Assembly: GCA_027923505.1 (NCBI GenBank)
Contig: BROI01000021.1
Span: forward strand, 310,001-374,000
DNA length: 64,000 nucleotides
Source of the DNA: Mayamaea pseudoterrestris
Lineage: Eukaryota
Direction: 5' to 3'
The notes under the pieces were generated by a model. It did no database searches, had not been told where the DNA came from, and was given only the letters and a program-made list of their open reading frames with translations. Position numbers and translations under genes: made by a program. Shown in pieces: positions 56,764 to 64,000 of this stretch (position 1 is the stretch's first letter; every line of letters begins with the position of its first letter).

Positions 56764-59700
56764 ATGCAAACTGTTGTAGCGAGTGTAGTGACTGCACGGG
56801 ACGCTGCTGCCCCACACCATCAACAACCATCGACGACAGTTCAGACGCCCATCGATCAAACTCTACTCAATCGCGTCAACCGCCGTATAAACAACAGTGA
56901 CCAAGACGCTGCTAATCACTACATTGATACTCTTCCTGGGTCTTTCCATGTATCTTCCTTATTGTCTAGTGATGCGACTGCTGCTCGAAGCGGCGATTTG
57001 ACAATTACGACAGTCTTGTCGCCAGCAAATGACCACCGCACCGAGCAACCTGAGTCGAGAACACCTGGCTCGCCTAACTCTACGGGTAACAAGGTGTCAA
57101 GCGACATGCTTTTGTCACCATCAGTGGTACGACAAATGGCATCAAGTCGATCCGATGCATCGTCCGCATCACCGACTCCCACACCTCGCTACAGTGTCAT
57201 GCTACAAGTTCTCAAAAGCATCACGACTGGCACTCAAAACTATGCATCGCATTCAGTTCGAACCAAAGTTGTTGAGAAAATAGCAGCTGCCTTGGGTATG
57301 CCTGATTACCACAAGGATTTGTCGACGGCTCTTGTGCACAAGACGCAAGCCTTGCTTGAACTCAACACTGCATCCAACAATTTGCGACCCAGTGCGTATT
57401 ATTCGGAGCGAAAGTCTAGTCAGCGAAATGCTGCAATGACCGTTCGGGAGCGTTGTGGTCCATTCACGGCGGTAAAGGGATTGCAATGCGATGACGACGG
57501 GGTGAAGGGATTGCCTTGCGATAACAACGGGGGGACGTTTTTACAGCAGAGACCAAACTCAACCCTGCCGATCGTAACCCTTACCTCGGTCCACACAAAC
57601 ATCACTCAGGACCAACCAAATCATTTAGAAGACCTAGCAGTTTCACCGGGTACAGTGGACGAGCAAAGACAGCAATCAACGGACTCTCTTAAAGCCCTCG
57701 TGACGGCAGACCAAACGATTCGACTGTTGACATCTTGCGACCATGACCCTCCCGGCGGTACAGATGTCTCCGTAGCCAGCACAAGTGTCAAAGAGGCGCA
57801 GCTCATTGAGATGCTAGAATCGTCAAGGCTTGAGTTGACAGAAGCTCGACAGATTCATATGAGTGCGGAGGAAGAAATGGCGCGGCAGTTGGAGCAAGCC
57901 AATGGTAAAGTGATCGCCGACGCTAGCATGTATGCCGACAAGATAGAAGCAGCCAACAAAATTATTGCGAAACAACTCAATCGCATAGGTTCACTTGAGA
58001 GGGAGTCGGAACAGAAACATGATGTTGAATTTAACGTGGGCAAGGAAAGGCACACGCTGCTAACGACATCGATCGCATACGAAGCGCAGCTACTGGAAGC
58101 GAAGAACGAGATAACTGAGCTCCAAAACCAGCTAAGAGCAGCTGTTATTGCCGACCGTAATCGGACGCGAGACACAGATTCATTGCGGAACGAGAACGAC
58201 GAGCTGGAGTCCCATGTCTCGCGTTTAAAATTGGCACTGGAGAACAAGGAAGACCAACTGTCGGCCAAGACAACCGAGATTATTTGCTACAGGAGCTCCT
58301 TGGAGGACGCGAAGGCGGAGCTATTTCAGAAAAAACAAGAGCTACATTTTGCGGCTCGATCAAACGAGAAGCTGCAGTCCAAGTTGTCCCACCTCGCCAC
58401 AAAATTGGCTGCTCAGTCAAAGCGATCCCAAGAAGAAAAGAACCTTTTGACCACAGAGCTTTCGCAACTCAGAGAAGAGGTCGACACGTTAGAAAACCGG
58501 CGAACTGATCTTGATAAAATCAATCGCTCCTTGCGTCGAAGTCTGGACGAGTGTGATACACGAATGGCGGACGTACACAATCAGCTCGCTCGTGAACGCG
58601 AATCGTCCAAGACAGCACAACAAAAGTTCCAAGCACTCCAAATTGACCTGAATGCTCAGATTTTCAATGCACATACGCAACTCTCGGCCACGAAGGATGA
58701 GGGGGAAGAGCTAAAAGCCAATCGCAAGGAGATGCAGACTCATATAGCACTTTTGGAAGCCCACGTAAAAGCGCAAACTGACGAGAATACCGACTTGAAA
58801 TTCCGATTAGAAACAGCCATGTCCAACTCAAGGAGTGAAACAGAATTACTCAGATCGCGCATTGAAGACGAGCTGAAGAATGGTACAGCTTTGTCGCAGA
58901 AACTCCTGAGGGCTAACCAGGAGCTTGCACGATTCAAAGAAGAGATGGACTTGGTCATGCACAACTCCAAAGAAAAAATCAAGCTTCTTATCTCGGAGAT
59001 GAAGTCCCAATCTGACAAGAATGCTGAAATAGTTGCTGTTAAAGACGAGGAGATCAGTGGCCTTACAAAAATATGCTGCTCACATGAAGACGATCGTTCC
59101 AACTCATTGCGCTTGCAGAAGTCTCTGGCAGAGGTGGAAAGCCAAGTGGCGACGCTTGAAAGTAATCTTACGGAAACGAAGCGCACTCATGCACAAGAAT
59201 TGGACGTATTGATGGGATCTCGCAAGAAAGAAGTCAAACAGCTGCACAATGAACTAAACGCCATGGCAATTTCACTAAAGGTATCCAACGAGGAGCGAGA
59301 CGCGGCAAAGAAACGATATACAACATTCGAGGCGAATCTTATAATCTCACAACAAAATCGTGAGCGACTTCATACAGAAAACGACGAGCTTCGAGTAGAG
59401 TTGCACGCCGCGAAAGATCGAGTTCAGGAATTGGAGTGCCAACTTGATGCACTAGACGTTGACAAAAGCTCTTCAGACGAAAGCAGTGACGGCGAGCTTG
59501 GTCTTCTAAGCCGCGGAGCCTTAAAGTCACGTTGTGCTGATCTAATCAGCGATATGCATCGGTTAAAAGGTGACATTGCGGCCAGATCAGATCAGTGCAG
59601 CCGTTTAGAAAAGCGGCTCGTTTGCTCTGCTGATGATGTCAGGTTATTGTCTGAGGAACTGAACGAACAAGTGAAAGCCAATGGACAGCTAGAAAATATC

Positions 59701-61932
59701 ATCAGTGATTTTCGCAGCAAAATGGGCGCTGAAACACAGCGCGAGTCGGCGCTTCAAGAAAAGTTGTTGGCCCTGAACGATGCAAAGCAAGATATGGCAC
59801 TGGAGCTGGAGCAGCGCTCCGCTACGATCCTTGCTTTGCAGCAGGCGGCGCAAGATTTGGAACATCAGATAAAAGAACTTCGCTGCACCCATGAGAACAC
59901 ACAAATGATAGAAGTCCTGCGTGTGGAGAAATTGACAATCGAAAATGCCGACCTGACCGTTAAAGTCAAAACGGTCAGCGAAGAGTTAGACAAAACGCGT
60001 TTGCTTCTGACGGAAGCTTCCGACGAGAACCTAAGGAGGAAGACTCAATTGGCCAAAGTTGAAGCTGATCTCACAGCAACTGCGAACCAGCTCGAAGAGT
60101 CCAATATGAAACTTAAAGTGCTGCGCGAGAGCGATACCCAAGAATTATCGAAGAATACGATCGACTCCTTAAGGGAGGAGTGTTCACTTCTTCGGACACA
60201 GATGAAAGCTTTGAATTTAGAATTGAGTGCTACCAGAACGAATCAGGAAGTGAGGGAGCATGAGTGGAGCGAGAAACTCGCCCTGCAGCGAAATGCTCTT
60301 TCTGAGAGCGACGAATCACGCAAATTGTCCGATACGGAACTCAGCCATGCCTTGCAGCTGGTGGCCACCCAAAAAGGCTCAATTCATGCTTTGGAGCAAC
60401 GACAGGTTGAAGCAGAGCAAGAATTTGAGTCCGCTTCATCTCAAATCACAAAACTGCAAGCTGCTTTAGACCAAGCGAAGAAGTCGAAAAAATCGTCAGA
60501 GGAAACTTTTGCGTGGCAGCTAAAGGAGCTCGACGACAAACTGGCAAGCATGGAGACTGAACGCTGTCGCGCAAGGAAGGACTGCAGCGAGCTGAGTGAT
60601 GAGATACGGGAGGCGCGAAGAAAAGTTACAGAATTAACTAAACAAAATGTTCAGTTGCAGTCTCGCCTGGAATCGACGAGACAAACGCTAGCAAAAACCA
60701 CAACTGAACTGACCCGAGAGCGAACGAATCACGATGAGTCACGATCAAATGTTGTTTCATTGAAAGCAGACGTAGACGATAGCAAATCTGAAGTTCAGCA
60801 TTTGACGGCTCGCCTACAGTTGCTGGAATCATCATTGACACGCATCAAGTCTGACAACCTTCGGATAATCGAGACCAATAAGAACACAGAGCTTGAACTC
60901 CAGAAAAAGCTGAATACTGTAACGTTAGAAAGTGAAGCCAATTCGCGAAAGATTGAGTCATTGTCAGAGCTCTATCATGCTCAGCGAGAAGCTATACTAT
61001 CACGGCCACCAACACATCAGACCAAAACAACTCAATGCAGCGAAGGGGCAACCTCAGGTCACTCGATAGACGCGAGCAGACTTATTCAGTCTCTTGATCT
61101 CGCCAAGCCTATTCGACAGTCACAGCCTTTTACTCCTCAACAGCTGAATCAGGCACAATATTATCGGACGGTTGACTGTACGCTGACCACTCCTCCGCCC
61201 AAGTGCCGGCCTCGATCCAACGTTCCAAGCACGCCCGACATCAGAGATGCCTTGGCAAAAGTAAAGCAACTGTTCCAAGAAGAAGTATTGTCGCCTATCA
61301 AGTTGCGAAAGACGGATCCTACTAAGGAGGATGCAAGCCATTTCATGGACGTGATTCGTTGCTTGGAGGTGCAGGTTGACGGCCTTTTATTTGACCTAAA
61401 AATAGTGAACGACGCGCTTCGCACCAAAAGCATGGTCTTGGACGATCTCCAAAAGCTAGTGTATCATCACGAACAAGAGCGCGACGAGCTTGGTCTCCAG
61501 CTAGAACGTCGAAACGCCATGATTTCAGAATATGAAGAACGATTGAAACAAGAAGCGACATCAAAACAAGACCTGGAGATGCAACTCAGCGATTGTCAGC
61601 GCCACGCGGAGGAGCTACAAACAAGAAAAATTGACTCGGGTGTCATGGTGTCGGTAGACGAAGAAGAAAAAAAACTTGCTGCGGGACACATGATTGTTCG
61701 AATTCTCCAAGACCGCTCTCGACGCACAAAGGCATCCTGCTTTACACGTTGGGCTTGCCACATTGCCGGCACAAAGGCGGCAGAGGAGCAGAGCCGCTAT
61801 GCACACGAGCTGACCGAGAAGCTAGCAGCGACGCAGGATATTTTGTCGCGCCTGAAGAGGCATCGTAAAATGAAAGGCCAGATGCGAGCCTCTGGATTAG
61901 AGGTTATCTCGGAAGACGCCGAAAGCCCTTGA
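56764..61932 (+). CDS. Very long coiled-coil protein (~1720 aa), function unknown
   Basis: Uninterrupted ORF with a disordered S/T/P-rich N-terminus followed by >1000 aa of E/K/L/Q heptad pattern. Confidence 0.8.
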   Translation: MQTVVASVVTARDAAAPHHQQPSTTVQTPIDQTLLNRVNRRINNSDQDAANHYIDTLPGSFHVSSLLSSDATAARSGDLTITTVLSPANDHRTEQPESRTPGSPNSTGNKVSSDMLLSPSVVRQMASSRSDASSASPTPTPRYSVMLQVLKSITTGTQNYASHSVRTKVVEKIAAALGMPDYHKDLSTALVHKTQALLELNTASNNLRPSAYYSERKSSQRNAAMTVRERCGPFTAVKGLQCDDDGVKGLPCDNNGGTFLQQRPNSTLPIVTLTSVHTNITQDQPNHLEDLAVSPGTVDEQRQQSTDSLKALVTADQTIRLLTSCDHDPPGGTDVSVASTSVKEAQLIEMLESSRLELTEARQIHMSAEEEMARQLEQANGKVIADASMYADKIEAANKIIAKQLNRIGSLERESEQKHDVEFNVGKERHTLLTTSIAYEAQLLEAKNEITELQNQLRAAVIADRNRTRDTDSLRNENDELESHVSRLKLALENKEDQLSAKTTEIICYRSSLEDAKAELFQKKQELHFAARSNEKLQSKLSHLATKLAAQSKRSQEEKNLLTTELSQLREEVDTLENRRTDLDKINRSLRRSLDECDTRMADVHNQLARERESSKTAQQKFQALQIDLNAQIFNAHTQLSATKDEGEELKANRKEMQTHIALLEAHVKAQTDENTDLKFRLETAMSNSRSETELLRSRIEDELKNGTALSQKLLRANQELARFKEEMDLVMHNSKEKIKLLISEMKSQSDKNAEIVAVKDEEISGLTKICCSHEDDRSNSLRLQKSLAEVESQVATLESNLTETKRTHAQELDVLMGSRKKEVKQLHNELNAMAISLKVSNEERDAAKKRYTTFEANLIISQQNRERLHTENDELRVELHAAKDRVQELECQLDALDVDKSSSDESSDGELGLLSRGALKSRCADLISDMHRLKGDIAARSDQCSRLEKRLVCSADDVRLLSEELNEQVKANGQLENIISDFRSKMGAETQRESALQEKLLALNDAKQDMALELEQRSATILALQQAAQDLEHQIKELRCTHENTQMIEVLRVEKLTIENADLTVKVKTVSEELDKTRLLLTEASDENLRRKTQLAKVEADLTATANQLEESNMKLKVLRESDTQELSKNTIDSLREECSLLRTQMKALNLELSATRTNQEVREHEWSEKLALQRNALSESDESRKLSDTELSHALQLVATQKGSIHALEQRQVEAEQEFESASSQITKLQAALDQAKKSKKSSEETFAWQLKELDDKLASMETERCRARKDCSELSDEIREARRKVTELTKQNVQLQSRLESTRQTLAKTTTELTRERTNHDESRSNVVSLKADVDDSKSEVQHLTARLQLLESSLTRIKSDNLRIIETNKNTELELQKKLNTVTLESEANSRKIESLSELYHAQREAILSRPPTHQTKTTQCSEGATSGHSIDASRLIQSLDLAKPIRQSQPFTPQQLNQAQYYRTVDCTLTTPPPKCRPRSNVPSTPDIRDALAKVKQLFQEEVLSPIKLRKTDPTKEDASHFMDVIRCLEVQVDGLLFDLKIVNDALRTKSMVLDDLQKLVYHHEQERDELGLQLERRNAMISEYEERLKQEATSKQDLEMQLSDCQRHAEELQTRKIDSGVMVSVDEEEKKLAAGHMIVRILQDRSRRTKASCFTRWACHIAGTKAAEEQSRYAHELTEKLAATQDILSRLKRHRKMKGQMRASGLEVISEDAESP

Positions 61933-61982
61933 AAACTATAGCGAGTACTGTACAATTACATTTATTTAAAATGCATTATCTT

Positions 61983-62771
61983 TTATCGCTGCGTCTTTCG
62001 AATAGTCGCTGGTCCCTGAATCGTGTTTAAGCAGGCGAGTCGGGCTTGTGGAAACTTGGCAAGTTTATTATCTTCGTAGTCACTCCGCTCCAGCCAACCT
62101 TGGCTCTCGACAATGTCCATGGCACAAAATGTGCATGTACCACCGCCACCGCAGTTGCCAAGCTTTTGCTTTAGTCCTTGATAAACTTCCACTCCATTTT
62201 CGAGAAGCGTCATGCGTAGATTGTCACCAACCTTGGCGGAGATGCTCAAGTCGGCCGAGCCTGGTTGCTGAAACAAAATTGTCACTGGCGTACCGGCATC
62301 AAAGGAAACAACGGATGGCGCTTTTGCCTCGTCTGTCACTTGTTCACTGTCACTCACAATGACTTGCAGATCAACAGTTTGAGGCGCATCAATGATTAGC
62401 TGCATTACGTCGTCAAAGGCAAGGCGCGTCACGTTGGTTCCTTGGACAAAAGCCAGTTGCTTTCCCTGCAACTGGTCCGCGTGCTCAAACGCCGAACCTC
62501 CGGGATCGACTTGCTGAATAATGACGCCGTTGGACGTTCCTTCTTCCATTTCCTCAAGCAATATACCGAGTGGTTTGGGCAATGAGAGTGAGAGCAATTG
62601 CTGCTCTTGATGTTCGGTCGTTGTTGCTGCCGCTTCTCCATCTGACTGGAACAATTGTATGTGACGCGCATTAGGGCTAGAGAGAACAAAACATTCTGTT
62701 CTCGCAACCAGTAAAAAGAGACTGACGAGGATCTTGGCGGCGGCCGCCGCTCCATGATGCTTGACCGTCAT
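61983..62771 (-). CDS. PDZ-like + 2Fe-2S ferredoxin fusion, predicted plastid-targeted
   Basis: PDZ-like LPKPLGILLEE...VIIQQVDPGGSA. Fd motif GDNLR..LL...KLGNCGGGGTCTFC...RLAC. Presequence TEC-FVL. Start uncertain. Confidence 0.78.
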   Translation of the reverse strand: MTVKHHGAAAAAKILVSLFLLVARTECFVLSSPNARHIQLFQSDGEAAATTTEHQEQQLLSLSLPKPLGILLEEMEEGTSNGVIIQQVDPGGSAFEHADQLQGKQLAFVQGTNVTRLAFDDVMQLIIDAPQTVDLQVIVSDSEQVTDEAKAPSVVSFDAGTPVTILFQQPGSADLSISAKVGDNLRMTLLENGVEVYQGLKQKLGNCGGGGTCTFCAMDIVESQGWLERSDYEDNKLAKFPQARLACLNTIQGPATIRKTQR

Positions 62772-62946
62772 GGCGAAAGATGATCGAACTTGTGCGCTGG
62801 GCATTCGTCGTAAGGGCATGACGTGGCGAGCGGAAGAATGATAATAGTTATAGAATAGGCAAGCATTGATGGTGCCACAATTCGACAAGATTTTCGTCAT
62901 GGTGGTGCGAGGCGGCGACGCGTGGGATGTGATTCTTACGTCAGAG

Positions 62947-63140
62947 GGCTATAGTATGAAACGAATGCCAAAATGTCAATTACGCCACAAGGCAATAGTA
63001 CGAAACGAGTGCCAGTGAAAACTGCGTCAGTAGGCAATAGCATGAAACGAGTGCCAGTGAAAACTACGTCATAAGGCAATAGTACGAAACGAGTGCCAGT
63101 GAAAACTGCGTCACAAGACAATTGTATGAAGCGAGGGTTA
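62947..63140. repeat. 42-bp tandem minisatellite (3 near-perfect + 2 degenerate flanking copies)
   Basis: GGCAATAGTACGAAACGAGTGCCAGTGAAAACTGCGTCANNA at 62991, 63033 and 63075, with decayed copies at 62947 and 63117. Confidence 0.9.
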
Positions 63141-63275
63141 CCGGTGCGTCGCTTCATTTGCCACGATTCACACTCGTCGCCATTCGCCACCATGGTCGTC
63201 CGCCTTCGAACGGCCAAGCATCATCAGGAGCGGCAAAACCACCCACTCGACGCGGTTGCAACGGAGAAGTCTCGA

Positions 63276-64000
63276 ATGATATATTGGACGCCTCGTTGCT
63301 TGTCGATCATCATGGTCATGCTGCTTTTAGGAAGTCTGTCGCGTCGGCAACTCGCCTTGGGGGTGGTGGCGCGCCAACAATCCTCCGCACCAACCTACAA
63401 GACAATTCGCGCCCATGTAGTGCATCGGCATGGCGATCGGACTCCGATTACGCCACTTCTAGACGAGGAATACTGGAGGAAGACTTTGATTCGTGATGAA
63501 ATACTTGACAAGATTGCAGTGAACACCAAAGTTCTAGCACCAGCAGATACGAACAAGCACGCAGCCTCTGGCAGGGGACCGTTCGGAAAGCTGACGGAGC
63601 TTGGACTACTACAAATGATCAAAGTGGGAGGTACCTTGCGAGAAAGGTTCACGTCGGAGCAGATTCATGCTCGACTCGACGGAGCCAAACTTTTCCTTGA
63701 ACCACTTGGGGAGGTACATCCGACTGATTTGCAAGTCTACTGCACCAACTTTGAGCGAACCATTCAGTCAGTCCAAGGCTTGCTCGTCGGACTATTTCCA
63801 GATCCATCATCGACCACCGTCAATAGAATTTCCATTGATGCTCGCAATACCAACTGGATGATTCCTGATCCACAGCCTCGGCAGTCGCCGGAGCAATCCG
63901 ATTTGGAAAAGTCACTCTCATCGCGTCCACACATACTAGAGCGTGAACAAGATCTCAAACCACTAGCGATTCGCGCCACCAAAGCATTGAGACACTTGTT
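63276..64000 (+). CDS. Histidine acid phosphatase (clade 2, ACP6-like), 3'-truncated by the window; not in the ORF track
   Basis: My translation gives HVVHRHGDRTP (RHGxRxP at 63426-63446), GKLTELGLLQMIKVG..LR and CTNFERTIQSVQGLLVGLF, with the frame open to the window end. Confidence 0.88.
   Translation, partial: MIYWTPRCLSIIMVMLLLGSLSRRQLALGVVARQQSSAPTYKTIRAHVVHRHGDRTPITPLLDEEYWRKTLIRDEILDKIAVNTKVLAPADTNKHAASGRGPFGKLTELGLLQMIKVGGTLRERFTSEQIHARLDGAKLFLEPLGEVHPTDLQVYCTNFERTIQSVQGLLVGLFPDPSSTTVNRISIDARNTNWMIPDPQPRQSPEQSDLEKSLSSRPHILEREQDLKPLAIRATKALRHL

Noticed and set aside
62991..63116. Possible CRISPR array or hammerhead ribozyme repeats
   Set aside because: The units abut with no unique spacers and there are no cas genes. 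GAAAC is present but there is no CUGANGA core on either strand.
63122..63496. 124-aa ORF listed in the track
   Set aside because: It is the wrong frame; the real gene is the overlapping RHGDRTP phosphatase frame running off the window.

Overview
This is a gene-dense eukaryotic nuclear segment, most likely from a diatom. The evidence is short GT-AG introns (about 65-200 nt), bipartite signal+'ASAFAP'-type plastid presequences, a diatom-style HSF and myosin, and a cyanobacterial-type MPBQ/MSBQ methyltransferase. I can support about 27 protein genes and one tRNA-His(GUG). In order they are: ankyrin-2OG oxygenase, SDR, ABCC transporter, two prolyl-4-hydroxylase-like genes, a SIVA-like Zn protein, HSF, NBS1, lipocalin, tandem-GFA protein, UBA-MINDY-like protein, FdC2-like ferredoxin, SMC4, glutathione synthetase, UDP-glucose dehydrogenase, ABHD13, MPBQ MT, myosin, NOT1, 4xFAS1 fasciclin, an orphan, Hsp33, CXIP4-like, frameshifted MutS2-like, a giant coiled-coil protein, PDZ-ferredoxin and a 3'-truncated histidine acid phosphatase missing from the ORF track. 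I found no CRISPR array, rRNA or autonomous transposon. The best leads are: (i) a secreted P4H fused to a VHL-beta-like (hydroxyproline-reader-like) domain within a 12-kb cluster of three 2OG-Fe(II) oxygenases, an SDR whose catalytic Tyr is replaced by His, and an ABCC exporter; (ii) a probable MINDY pseudo-deubiquitinase; (iii) a -1 frameshift in MutS2; (iv) a palindromic AT-rich element and a 42-bp minisatellite in divergent promoters. All family calls come from motif recognition by eye; no searches were run.
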